Below are positions 27,813 to 36,972 of a DNA stretch of 64,000 nt, piece by piece. Position 1 is the first letter of the stretch. Every line of letters starts with the position of its first letter. Made by a program: the position numbers and the translations under genes. The stretch spans positions 1,286 to 65,285 of the forward strand of contig PCVY01000065.1 in NCBI GenBank assembly GCA_002787155.1, written 5' to 3'. This DNA comes from Candidatus Abzuiibacterium crystallinum (GTDB lineage Bacteria; Omnitrophota; Omnitrophia; Omnitrophales; Abzuiibacteriaceae). The notes under the pieces were generated by a model. That model was not told the DNA's origin and ran no database searches. It worked only from the letters and a program-made list of their open reading frames with translations.

Positions 27813-29648
27813 CTATTCCACGGTAACCGATTTAGCCAAATTGCGCGGCTGATCAACATCCCGCTGATTGCGCACCGCAATCTTATAAGCAAATAACTGC
27901 AGCGGCACCACTGACAAAATGGTCGAAAAAATTTCCAGTACTCTAGGAATGTAAAAGATCCAATTAGATAACTTTTTTACCTGCTCATCACCTTTTGAGG
28001 CAATGGTTAACACAATCGCGTCACGCGCTTTGATTTCTTGAATGTTGCTTAGCATTTTACCATAAGTTTTGGATTCTGAGGCAATGCAAATTACGGGCTG
28101 GGTGTGGTCAATGAGTGCGATGGGACCGTGCTTCATCTCGCCGCCGGCATAGCCATGGGCGTGGGCATAAGAGATTTCCTTAAGTTTAAGGGCCCCTTCA
28201 AGCGCGGTAGGGAAATTATATCCTCTTCCGATAAACAGGAAATTCTTCTTTTGATACAGCGCTTTGACAGCAACATCAAGCTGTTTTTCATTTTTTAAGA
28301 TCTCGGTAATGGCCGAGGGTATTTTTTGCAATTCTTTGAGTAAATCGCTAAGCGTCGTTTGAGAAATTCTTTTCTTGATCACGCCCAAATGAAAAGCAAA
28401 TAACATGAGCGTTAACAATTGTGCGATGTACGCTTTGGTGGATGCGACACCGATTTCAGGACCCGCGTGCGTATACAAGACAAAATCGGCTTCACGGGCA
28501 ATCGTACTGCCGACAACGTTGACAATCGCAAGCGTCATTGCGCCATTTTCTTTGGCTTCACGAAACGCCGCGATGGTGTCCGCTGTTTCGCCTGACTGAG
28601 AAATGAGAACCACCAAGTCATCCCGAGTGACAATGGGATCGGTATAACGAAATTCGCTGGACACTTGGACTTCGGTAGGAATGCGCGTATATTCTTCCAG
28701 CATGTAGCGTCCGATCAACCCGGCATGATGCGCCGTACCGCAGCTGACAATAAAAACTTTCTTAACTTTTGCAAGACGTTTGTTTACAGCTTGATGAAAG
28801 GTATCAAAGTAAATCTTACCCTGTTTAATCCGTTTTTCCAGCGTTTGACGAGCCACGTGCGGTTGTTCAAAGATTTCTTTCAGCATGTAATGAGGAAACC
28901 CGCCTTTCTTTGCTTCATCTAATGTCCATTTAATTTCGGTCGGTTGACGCCGAATAGACTTCTGATGAAGCAAAGTGCTAATGTGAATATGATCTTTCGT
29001 CAAAACTGCCAATTCATTGTCTTGTAAGTAAATAACCCGGCGGGTATACGGCAATAATGCCGTCACGTCACTGGCGGCAAAATTTTCTCCTTTGCCGACC
29101 CCCAACACCAAAGGATTGGATCGTTTAAAAGCGAAAAGCTTTTCCGGTTCATCTACCGAAATCATCACAATCGCAAAGTAACCGTTTAATCTTTGAATGG
29201 CTTTACGGAAAGCTTCTTCCAAATCACCATGATTCAGTTCCTCAACCAAATGCGGAATCACTTCCGTATCGGTTTCCGATTTAAAACGATGCCCGCGGGT
29301 TTTTAGGAATTCTTTGACCTCGGCAAAATTTTCAATGATCCCGTTATGAACGACAGCGATTCGGTTTTTGGTATCCGTATGAGGGTGTGCGTTTGCACGC
29401 GAGGGGGCTCCGTGTGTTGCCCAGCGTGTGTGTGCAATGCCAATGGTTGAAGAAACGGTTTTGCCGTTTAGCGCCGAAGTGAGTTGAGCAAGTTTACCCT
29501 TCTCTTTTGCTACAAAAAGAGATTTCTTGCCGTTTTCGAGACAAGCCACGCCGGCGGAATCGTAGCCTCGGTATTCCAGCCGTTCCAAGCCCTGCAGTAA
29601 GACCGGGAGTGTATTGCGATAGCCAATATAACCAACGATACCGCACAT
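27813..29648 (-). CDS. glmS: Glutamine-fructose-6-phosphate transaminase
   Basis: MCGIVG, LEYRGYDSAG, HTRWATHG, SQSGETADT, PRNLAKSVTVE. Confidence 0.98.
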   Translation of the reverse strand: MCGIVGYIGYRNTLPVLLQGLERLEYRGYDSAGVACLENGKKSLFVAKEKGKLAQLTSALNGKTVSSTIGIAHTRWATHGAPSRANAHPHTDTKNRIAVVHNGIIENFAEVKEFLKTRGHRFKSETDTEVIPHLVEELNHGDLEEAFRKAIQRLNGYFAIVMISVDEPEKLFAFKRSNPLVLGVGKGENFAASDVTALLPYTRRVIYLQDNELAVLTKDHIHISTLLHQKSIRRQPTEIKWTLDEAKKGGFPHYMLKEIFEQPHVARQTLEKRIKQGKIYFDTFHQAVNKRLAKVKKVFIVSCGTAHHAGLIGRYMLEEYTRIPTEVQVSSEFRYTDPIVTRDDLVVLISQSGETADTIAAFREAKENGAMTLAIVNVVGSTIAREADFVLYTHAGPEIGVASTKAYIAQLLTLMLFAFHLGVIKKRISQTTLSDLLKELQKIPSAITEILKNEKQLDVAVKALYQKKNFLFIGRGYNFPTALEGALKLKEISYAHAHGYAGGEMKHGPIALIDHTQPVICIASESKTYGKMLSNIQEIKARDAIVLTIASKGDEQVKKLSNWIFYIPRVLEIFSTILSVVPLQLFAYKIAVRNQRDVDQPRNLAKSVTVE

Positions 29649-29702
29649 AAAATTAAGTTAAAACCTTTCCAGATCGATTATAATAGGTAGACTTCTTTTC
29701 TG

Positions 29703-29800
29703 TGTCATTACGGGTCCTGCCAAAGGCTGGATGTGGCAATCTCAAGCGAAAAAGATTGCTTCGTCCCCGCCAGGAATCGTGGCGGATCCTCGCAATGGCT
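29703..29800. repeat. Palindromic element of the GTCATTGCGAG...GCAATCT...AGATTGCTTCG...CTCGCAATGAC type (RPE-like)
   Basis: Nested stems GTCATTACGGG/CCTCGCAATGGC, GGCAATCT/AGATTGCT and CCGCCA/TGGCGG. Confidence 0.65.
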
Positions 29801-29908
29801 CATAAAACACTTGCGAAGCATTTTAACAAGTCTGAATCTTTGAAGAAACATCTTTTTGTGCTAATATCAAGTGAATAGCCAAAGGATGAAACCCATTGGA
29901 GGCATCAC

Positions 29909-30550
29909 ATGAAAAACAAACGGCGCCATTTTTTCGTCGATAAGCCTTTACAGACGCGTTTTGCCGTGTACGTCGCACTGATTTTAATTGTGGTTTGCGG
30001 CATTTCGGGTGTCGGATTGTATTACGGCATTTGGGGCTCTGTCATCAGATCTTTTTCGGATGAACAAATTTATAATGAAATTCGAATGGCCGCCCGTATT
30101 CAAGATTATGAACATTCCCGCCAAGTTCAGCAGCCGGAACCCGAACTCGGTTCCCTGCGTTTGTTCCGCGAGGTTGATTTATTGAGTGCCCGTCAGCGTG
30201 AAATGCTGGCTGAGATTCTGGAAAGCACCAACAAGAAATTATTATGGCAAGCCTTATTTCTCATCTTTTTGGTGGCTTGCAGCAGTATTTACTTGACGCA
30301 TAAAGTAGCGGGCCCTTTTGTGCACTTTCGAAAAGCCTTTCAGGCCGCTAAAGAAGGAGAATTGCACACACGCATTCATTTAAGGAAACACGATGAAGGC
30401 GGTGCGGTTGCCGCTGCTTTTAACGAAATGATCGGCACTTTCGACGAATCGGTTTCTCAGCTAAAGAAGATCGCGCGTGAAACTCCGCAAGGTGACCTTA
30501 AGAAAAAGATAGAGACGGAATTGACTCGATTTAAAACCTCCACCGATTGA
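29909..30550 (+). CDS. Two-TM membrane protein with HAMP domain and no output domain
   Basis: KRRHFFVDKPLQ, two TMs, THKVAGP...G.L...IHLRKHDE...A.AFNEM. Confidence 0.7.
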   Translation: MKNKRRHFFVDKPLQTRFAVYVALILIVVCGISGVGLYYGIWGSVIRSFSDEQIYNEIRMAARIQDYEHSRQVQQPEPELGSLRLFREVDLLSARQREMLAEILESTNKKLLWQALFLIFLVACSSIYLTHKVAGPFVHFRKAFQAAKEGELHTRIHLRKHDEGGAVAAAFNEMIGTFDESVSQLKKIARETPQGDLKKKIETELTRFKTSTD

Positions 30551-30566
30551 TTCGTCTCCGAATAAC

Positions 30567-31844
30567 GTGAAGCGTTTTGTTTGCGGTATTTTAAGTTTGG
30601 TATTCATTCTTCATGCTTCGGCGATCCCGCTTTCGGCCGGTCAAGCTGATTCTCTTGCTGAATCGGACCGCCATTTTCTAAATCAAGTTCAACGGGATAG
30701 TTTCTATTATTTTCTCAAGTTTAGAAATCCCCATACCGGGCTCACCCTTGACTCCTCTTCGCCGGGCTCACCGGCTTCCATCGCTGCTACCGGATTTGCA
30801 TTGGCCAGTTTCGCGATAGCCAAAGGGAATGGTTGGATGGGTTATCGCGACGCCTATGAAGCCGTTGAACAAGTGTTAACAACTCTCGAAAGCAAGGCGG
30901 CTGGACACCGCGGGTTTTATTATCACTTCCTAGAGCCCAATTCCGGCAAACGTGCTTGGTCATCTGAATTATCATCCATCGATACCGCTTTGCTGATGGC
31001 AGGCGTTTTGTTGGCAGGTGAATATTTTAAAGGGACCGACTTATATACGCGTGCGCAAGCCTTGTATGAGAAAGTCGACTGGGATTGGATGTTGAATCAG
31101 TCGCTTTTGATGTCACATGGCTGGAAACCCAGTTCGGGATTTCTGCCTCATTATTGGGATATGTACTCTGAACATCTCGTTTTACAGGCTTTGGCCTTGG
31201 GCTCACCTACCCATGGCATTCCAAAGAAAGCATGGGGTGAGTGGGTGCGTTACGAAGATGAATTTGAAGGTCATCATGTGGTTTATTCATTCTCAGGCAG
31301 TCTATTTACCTATCAATACTCACACATGTTTCTTGATTTCAGCCGCTTGAATGACCAAGGGATTAATTATTTTGAAAATTCACGAAATGCTACATTGGCC
31401 AATCAAGCTTTTTGCGCCATGTATCCGGATCTTTATGGTGACGGCAACTACACTTGGTGGGGCCTTTCGGCATCTTTGGGGCCAAATGGCTACAAAGCCT
31501 ACGGCGCTAAACCGGGCACGGCTCTTCACGACGGTACCATTGCGCCTTACGCGATTGCCGGTTCTATTATTTTTACGCCGGAAGCTTCTTTGGAAGCACT
31601 TAAACGTTTATATGAAACATATGGTAATCAAATTTACGGAGAATTCGGTTTCAAAGATGCTTTTAATGTAACCCGAGATTGGTGGGCGGATGAATACATC
31701 GGGATCGACCAAGGCAGCATTGTCTTGATGTTGGAAAACTATCTGCACGACGGCATCATTTGGGAAAAAATGATGCGCCATCCGGCCATTCAGCGATGGA
31801 TGACATTGTGTGATCTTCAAGCCAAAGAAAATCGTCTTTCTTAA
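30567..31844 (+). CDS. Exported glucoamylase-like GH144 (beta-1,2-glucanase family) protein
   Basis: SIAATGF, GFYYHF, ELSSIDTALL, SLFTYQYSH, WGLSAS, DGTIAP, GFKDAFN, YIGIDQG. Confidence 0.8.
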   Translation: MKRFVCGILSLVFILHASAIPLSAGQADSLAESDRHFLNQVQRDSFYYFLKFRNPHTGLTLDSSSPGSPASIAATGFALASFAIAKGNGWMGYRDAYEAVEQVLTTLESKAAGHRGFYYHFLEPNSGKRAWSSELSSIDTALLMAGVLLAGEYFKGTDLYTRAQALYEKVDWDWMLNQSLLMSHGWKPSSGFLPHYWDMYSEHLVLQALALGSPTHGIPKKAWGEWVRYEDEFEGHHVVYSFSGSLFTYQYSHMFLDFSRLNDQGINYFENSRNATLANQAFCAMYPDLYGDGNYTWWGLSASLGPNGYKAYGAKPGTALHDGTIAPYAIAGSIIFTPEASLEALKRLYETYGNQIYGEFGFKDAFNVTRDWWADEYIGIDQGSIVLMLENYLHDGIIWEKMMRHPAIQRWMTLCDLQAKENRLS

Positions 31845-31893
31845 GCGTTACCGGGATCGGGACAAACTCTGGACTTGGAGCTACTGTTTGAAA

Positions 31894-32160
31894 TTACTCT
31901 TTCCCCAGAAATCTGGCAGCAATGCGTTCTGCCGTTTCCATAATAATTTCTTTGGTCAGGTAATCCCCTTTTCGGATCGCTTCTTTTAATTCACGAATCC
32001 GACCACAGTTTGGCTCCGGCACATCGCGGAGAAGACGTTGATACTTTTCAACCTCTTCTTTTAGATTTCGCTCCCCTGCTTCGTTCATGGTAGTTGCCAA
32101 TTCCTCTGTTGCATCCATTTCGTCCGGGGGCGCGCAATAAACTTTTGCCACTGGATTCAT
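31894..32160 (-). CDS. FlgM-like anti-sigma28 factor
   Basis: 88 aa, directly downstream of fliA; RIRELKEAIRKGDY...TAERI matches the FlgM C-terminal pattern; GAAAGGA RBS before ATG 32160. Confidence 0.6.
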   Translation of the reverse strand: MNPVAKVYCAPPDEMDATEELATTMNEAGERNLKEEVEKYQRLLRDVPEPNCGRIRELKEAIRKGDYLTKEIIMETAERIAARFLGKE

Positions 32161-32192
32161 TCCTTTCGTGTCATCATAATCTTCTATGCTAA

Positions 32193-32219
32193 TGATCGAC
32201 AAGATTTGGAATTACTTTA
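32193..32219 (-). promoter_or_regulatory. Putative sigma28 promoter of the flgM-like gene
   Basis: TAAA-N15-GTCGATCA on the minus strand. Confidence 0.65.
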
Positions 32220-32329
32220 AAAAGCTTGAAAAATAAGGAGGGAATAGGGCGTTCTTTTTTGGAACGCTCTTCGGCAGGTAAATCATTTGCTCAAGTTTGT
32301 TTCATTAAAATGCTTGAGCGGGTGAGTTT

Positions 32330-33118
32330 TTAGGCTTCTAAGGCAATCTCACCAAACCGTTTCATCAAATGTCCTTTTAAACGTGTAATGACTTTTGTGT
32401 GAATCTGACAAATGCGGGATTCGGACACATTCAAAACTTGTCCAATTTCGCGCAAAGTCAAGTTCTCAAAATAATACAACACGACAACCAGTTTTTCTTT
32501 TTCCGGCAAAATGTCAATGGCTTTGGAGAGCAAGTCTCTCACTTCAGCTTGTTGAACATTTTTCAATTGGTTCGTCATCACCGCATCTTCAACGGTTTGC
32601 AGCCGTGAGATCGGTTTGTTCCCGTCATCATTTTGCCACACTTCATCGAGCGATAAGAACGTCGTCGAATTAAGCTCGCTGTAAATGCCGCTTAAGTCTT
32701 CCACGCTCATTTTGAGGGAATCCGCCAACTCGTGATCAGTGGCTACGCGGCCGAGACGTTCTTCCAATTCTTTGCATTTCCGGTCAATCTCGCGTGCGCG
32801 CTTACGCAACAGGCGCGGCGCCCAATCCAGTTTCCGCAATTCATCCATCATGGAACCGCGAATACGCGTCACCGCATAGGTCTCAAATTTATTACCTTGG
32901 TTGACATCGTATTTTTCGATCGCATCAAAAAGTCCCAGAATGCCGTAACTCACCAAATCATTAAATTCCACATTGGGCGGCAGCCCGATGGAAACACGGC
33001 CGGCAACATATTTGACGAGATATAAATACTTTTTGACGATTTCTTCGCGGATCGCCCGGCTTTTGGTTCTTTTGTATTTACGCCATAGTTTGACATCGCT
33101 TTCTTTCATGATCATCAT
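32330..33118 (-). CDS. fliA: FliA/WhiG family RNA polymerase sigma factor (sigma28)
   Basis: DLVSYGILGL.DAIEKYD, FETYAVTRIRGSMMDELRKLDW, LTLREIGQVLNVSESRICQIH. Confidence 0.92.
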   Translation of the reverse strand: MMIMKESDVKLWRKYKRTKSRAIREEIVKKYLYLVKYVAGRVSIGLPPNVEFNDLVSYGILGLFDAIEKYDVNQGNKFETYAVTRIRGSMMDELRKLDWAPRLLRKRAREIDRKCKELEERLGRVATDHELADSLKMSVEDLSGIYSELNSTTFLSLDEVWQNDDGNKPISRLQTVEDAVMTNQLKNVQQAEVRDLLSKAIDILPEKEKLVVVLYYFENLTLREIGQVLNVSESRICQIHTKVITRLKGHLMKRFGEIALEA

Positions 33119-33194
33119 CCCCTTTCTAGTTCGAATTTTTCAAATTTTAAGTTCATGAGTTCAGTTAAACTTTTATAGATAAGGCCGGTATGAC

Positions 33195-33431
33195 TCATGG
33201 CGCTTCACTTTCCAATAATTTTTTAATCTGCATCAGGGTGTAATGTTTGGACTGCAAAACTTTTATCTTTTCGAGCCGATCAAAAACATTTTCATCATAA
33301 AGACGATGGCCGGAAATCGTCCGCCTGGCTTCTGAAATCAAGCCTGCAAGCGTATAGTTGTGAATGGTTTGTCTTGAAAGACCAGAATATTCCATAACTT
33401 CTCCGATCTTAAAGAGCTTCTCCCGCTTCAT
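33195..33431 (-). CDS. Stand-alone MerR-family HTH regulator (78 aa)
   Basis: FKIGEV...GLSRQTIHNY...GLI...RT.SGHRLY. Confidence 0.8.
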   Translation of the reverse strand: MKREKLFKIGEVMEYSGLSRQTIHNYTLAGLISEARRTISGHRLYDENVFDRLEKIKVLQSKHYTLMQIKKLLESEAP

Positions 33432-33996
33432 CGTTCTCTCTGAACCGTTTGCTAAGCGTCTCGTGTAGTTGAATGGCTTCCTGGTTAAAAGGGTCAAGGA
33501 GCAGCAATTTTTCCAATGTAAAACGAGCTTGCCCGTACTTTTCTTCCTTGAGGTAATCTCTAATTTCTGTCCAATAAGAAATGACTTTGTTCTTGGCCTC
33601 TTCTTCATAAACGCCTTTTACAATACCCGTCTCGTCTTTCCCTTCCCGCTGCATGACTTGACGGACGACATCGATTTTGGCGGAAGCCCGTACATTGCCG
33701 GGGTCGATGGTAAACACTTCTTCATAAGCTTCTAGCGCTTGCTTATATTTTTTTTCATCTCTCAATTCATCACCCAGCTGAAGCAGTTGGTCAATGGTGG
33801 TTTCTGCGCGTTCTGCCGAATATTCTTTTTCCAATTTTTTCACTTGTTCAAAAGCATTGTCGCGGGCAAGCGCACTGACAGAGAGGGAATGACATAAAAG
33901 TAAAATCATCGCGATAAGAGTAAAATGATGTTTTGGGTTAATGTGACGATTGCGGGAATGGAGCTGACTATCTTGGTTGACGTCATTGACCATCAT
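33409..33996 (-). CDS. Exported TPR protein
   Basis: Signal-like segment ending ALA; ALEAYEEVFTIDPGN and LEKLLLLDPFNQEA TPR motifs. Confidence 0.7.
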   Translation of the reverse strand: MMVNDVNQDSQLHSRNRHINPKHHFTLIAMILLLCHSLSVSALARDNAFEQVKKLEKEYSAERAETTIDQLLQLGDELRDEKKYKQALEAYEEVFTIDPGNVRASAKIDVVRQVMQREGKDETGIVKGVYEEEAKNKVISYWTEIRDYLKEEKYGQARFTLEKLLLLDPFNQEAIQLHETLSKRFRENDEAGEAL

Positions 33997-34030
33997 CTCG
34001 TCTTTGATTTTTTATTTCCATTTTTATTTA

Positions 34031-34057
34031 ATGTAATTTACAAAATGTAAAGTACAT
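34031..34057. promoter_or_regulatory. Palindromic operator-like site
   Basis: ATGTA-A-TTTACA-AAA-TGTAAA-G-TACAT. Confidence 0.5.
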
Positions 34058-34081
34058 ATCATAAACAGAAATCTATATTCA

Positions 34082-34108
34082 TCATCGGTTTAAGTCAAGG
34101 ATTTTTTA
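34082..34108 (-). promoter_or_regulatory. Putative sigma28 promoter of the TPR-merR-fliA genes (overlaps a sigma70-like TTGACT-N17-TAGATT)
   Basis: TAAA-N15-ACCGATGA on the minus strand. Confidence 0.55.
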
Positions 34109-34136
34109 GGGGTTGGGAGGCAGATTTTAAGGAGAC

Positions 34137-34181
34137 TACCAAATCATGTGCCCTTTTATCTGTAAACCCCTATATATGGTG
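34137..34181. promoter_or_regulatory. Tandem NrdR-box-like sites
   Basis: TACCAAATCATGTG and CCCTATATATGGTG, starting 31 bp apart. Confidence 0.45.
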
Positions 34182-34262
34182 TGCTAAAGAATCATCAGTT
34201 AAGTTATTTTTCCTCTTTGACGATTGAGAACATAGTCGCTCTTTTAAGCCTGCGAGGATAAA

Positions 34263-34475
34263 ATGACTTATCAAAAAATATTTGATCTCAAATTTAAGAA
34301 GAAAGTATCAACGGTTGAATTGCAAAAATATTTTCCAAACGAGAACGGAAAAATTTGCAAAATTGCTTTGATGGAACTGCCGGAAAAAACTCTGAAGAAG
34401 CTTGTGCCCAACAAGCGGACGGTGAAGGAAGTAATCCAGTTGAAGAAGTCTCTCGAGAAAAAATCTTATTCTTGA
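34263..34475 (+). CDS. Small basic hypothetical protein
   Basis: 70 aa ORF with GAGGA RBS; Lys-rich. Confidence 0.55.
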   Translation: MTYQKIFDLKFKKKVSTVELQKYFPNENGKICKIALMELPEKTLKKLVPNKRTVKEVIQLKKSLEKKSYS

Positions 34476-35488
34476 AAAACGCCCATCTCTCTGAATTTTT
34501 CGTAACGTGTTTCTACCAATTCTTTCTCGCTTAAATCTTCCAGCGACTTCAATGATGCCTCAAGTGCTTTGGCAAGTTCTTTTGCTGTCGTTTCAAAATC
34601 ACGATGGGCACCGCCTAAAGGTTCTTTGATAATTTTATCAATCACTTTAAATTCTAACAAATCTTCGGCAGTCATTTTCAAAGCTTCAGAAGCATCGGCA
34701 GCCCGAGCGCTGTCTTTCCATAAAATAGCCGCACAACCTTCCGGTGAAATCACCGAGTAATAAGCATTTTCTAGCATTAAAACGTCATTCGCAACGCCTA
34801 TCCCGAGCGCCCCGCCGCTGCCCCCTTCCCCAATCACAATGGTCACAATGGGAACCGTCAGTTCCATCATTTCCCGTAAATTATAAGCAATGGCTTCTGC
34901 TTGACCTCTTTCTTCTGCACCGATACCCGGATAAGCACCCGGTGTATCGATGAAGGTGACGATGGGGATGTGAAATTTTTCCGCGAGCCGCATGATGCGG
35001 ATCGCTTTGCGGTAGCCTTCCGGATGAGCGCTGCCGAAACTGCGCATTAAATTTTCTTTGGTATCGCGGCCTTTTTGATGACCGATCACGCACACTTTCC
35101 GCCCGTTAAACTTGCCGAATCCGCAAACCATGGCTTTGTCATCGCTGAAATGTCTGTCACCGTGAATTTCTAGAAAATCTTCTATTAAATAACGAACGTA
35201 ATCCAGCATGAACGGTCTTAACGGATGGCGCGCTACCTGCACACGCTGCCACGGTGTTAAATGTTCGTAAGTTTTCCGTATCATGACTTCCAATTTTTTT
35301 TCAGCACTTTTAATTTCTTCGGAGAGGTCGATTTCTTTCTTGGAGCGCATTTCCTTTAACATGTTCTCCAGTTCGACAATGGGTTTTTCGAAAGGCAGGT
35401 AAACTTCGGTGGTATCTTTTTCGGTAATTTTGATTTTCTCTCTTTTTTGACTAACGGATTTGCTGCGTTTTTTCTTTTTAGCCGCCAT
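34466..35488 (-). CDS. accA: Acetyl-CoA carboxylase carboxyltransferase alpha
   Basis: FEKPI, ARHPLRP, GHQKGR, PEGYRKA, IDTPGAYPG, GEGGSGGALG. Confidence 0.97.
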   Translation of the reverse strand: MAAKKKKRSKSVSQKREKIKITEKDTTEVYLPFEKPIVELENMLKEMRSKKEIDLSEEIKSAEKKLEVMIRKTYEHLTPWQRVQVARHPLRPFMLDYVRYLIEDFLEIHGDRHFSDDKAMVCGFGKFNGRKVCVIGHQKGRDTKENLMRSFGSAHPEGYRKAIRIMRLAEKFHIPIVTFIDTPGAYPGIGAEERGQAEAIAYNLREMMELTVPIVTIVIGEGGSGGALGIGVANDVLMLENAYYSVISPEGCAAILWKDSARAADASEALKMTAEDLLEFKVIDKIIKEPLGGAHRDFETTAKELAKALEASLKSLEDLSEKELVETRYEKFREMGVFQE

Positions 35489-35502
35489 GCTGATACCGAC
35501 TC

Positions 35503-36342
35503 CTATTCTTTAATGACAACCGGCGTTCCCGCCGGCACAATCAAATATAACTCTTCAACATCCTGGTTAAGCATTCGAATGCAGCCTTGAGATTCATGTT
35601 TACCGATGGTCTCGGGAGCTGTCGTACCATGAATGCCATATCCCTGAAGAGAAAAACCCATCCAACGGGTGCCCAATTCATTCTTAGGACTATCCGGCGG
35701 AATGACGGCTCCCGAATTATACCAAGTAGGATTTTCTAATTTATTTACGATCTCCGTCCGGCCGATAGGGGTTGAATCGTCCTTGCCCGTACCTACACGG
35801 TAGGTTTTAAGCAGCATCCCATCGGCAAAAAGACCCAAGAGATTAGCCGAACGGTCAACGGCAAGGCTCAATTCTGCCTTCAATACTTTCAGTTTTTGAC
35901 CCGGATAAATGGTGTCTTTGGTAAGAAGATTGCTTTTCCTAATTAAATCAACCGTGGTATGGTACTTTTTGGCAATATCATAAAGATTGTCTCCCTTTTC
36001 TACGACATGGACGGCGCTTTCTTCGGTTTGGACGGGGGAGAAAAGAATTTTCATATTAAGAGCTTCGTACTCCTTTTGTGCGGTTTCGCGCAAATCATTA
36101 GGAAGCCCTTCTAAGGTCAACAACGCGCGGTAACGATCACGTGCCCCGACCCATTCGCTGGCCTCTGCCATAAAACGTGCTTCGGACAGCAATGACTGAA
36201 AATCAGGGGTTGCGGTGACCGGAACGGACACCTCTTGAGCGGCTGCAGTTTCTCCTTCACCAAGCGCAAGAGAAGGATGCTGAAAGAAGACTGACAAACA
36301 TAAACATGGAATAAGTGCGTAAAGTTTTTTCATGATGAACAA
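35503..36342 (-). CDS. L,D-transpeptidase with LysM domain
   Basis: LysM HVVEKGDNLYDIA; YGIHGT...ESQGCIRM. Confidence 0.9.
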   Translation of the reverse strand: MFIMKKLYALIPCLCLSVFFQHPSLALGEGETAAAQEVSVPVTATPDFQSLLSEARFMAEASEWVGARDRYRALLTLEGLPNDLRETAQKEYEALNMKILFSPVQTEESAVHVVEKGDNLYDIAKKYHTTVDLIRKSNLLTKDTIYPGQKLKVLKAELSLAVDRSANLLGLFADGMLLKTYRVGTGKDDSTPIGRTEIVNKLENPTWYNSGAVIPPDSPKNELGTRWMGFSLQGYGIHGTTAPETIGKHESQGCIRMLNQDVEELYLIVPAGTPVVIKE

Positions 36343-36782
36343 ATTAGAATCGTAATCAGAATTCCCAAAAAAGCACCTGCAAAAACTTCAATAGGTGTGT
36401 GTCCTAACAATTCTTTTAAACGCTCCTCTTTAATGAGACCTTTTTCAAATAATTCTTCGGTCATTTTATTTAAAATGCGCGCTTGTTTGCCGGCTGCGCG
36501 CCTGACACCGGCTGCGTCAAACATTGTCACGATTGCAAACACGAGTGCGATCAGAAAAATAATGGACGAAAAACCATAATAAAGCCCGACCGCCGTTGCA
36601 ACCGATACCACACCCGCCGAATGCGAACTCGGCATCCCGCCCGTATCAAATAACCAACGAAGGTTAAAACGTTTGCGTTGAATGGAATTGCGGAGTACTT
36701 TGATGGATTGGGCGAGAAACCATGAACTGGCGCACGCCACAAAAGCTTTCCACTCCGGAAATGGACCTTCAAAGAAGAACAT
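36330..36782 (-). CDS. Divergent PAP2 (DUF212) family protein
   Basis: AQSIK, TGGMPSSHSA, DAAGVRRAAG.QA..LN, LKELLGHTP.EV. Confidence 0.9.
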   Translation of the reverse strand: MFFFEGPFPEWKAFVACASSWFLAQSIKVLRNSIQRKRFNLRWLFDTGGMPSSHSAGVVSVATAVGLYYGFSSIIFLIALVFAIVTMFDAAGVRRAAGKQARILNKMTEELFEKGLIKEERLKELLGHTPIEVFAGAFLGILITILICSS

Positions 36783-36972
36783 AGGCTGTTAGATGGATTT
36801 AGTTGACGGTTGACTTATCAATCGAGTTATGATAATTTAACATGATTTTATTTAATTAAAAATCATAATGGCCAATCGCCAAAATTGGCTGTGATTATAG
36901 GGTAGGCGTGCCAAAAAGGCAAGATTCCCTTTTTCAAATTATCTCCCCCTTCTATATATAAGGTTAAACCAT

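Noticed and set aside
29649-29830. glmS ribozyme upstream of glmS
   Set aside because: Conserved ribozyme core not recognised; the structure fits a palindromic repeat family instead
32268-32294. Additional sigma28-like sites (TTGA-N15-GCCGAAGA here; TAAG-N15-GACGATTG at 34200-34226)
   Set aside because: Weaker matches; the first overlaps a terminator-like hairpin after fliA, so not counted
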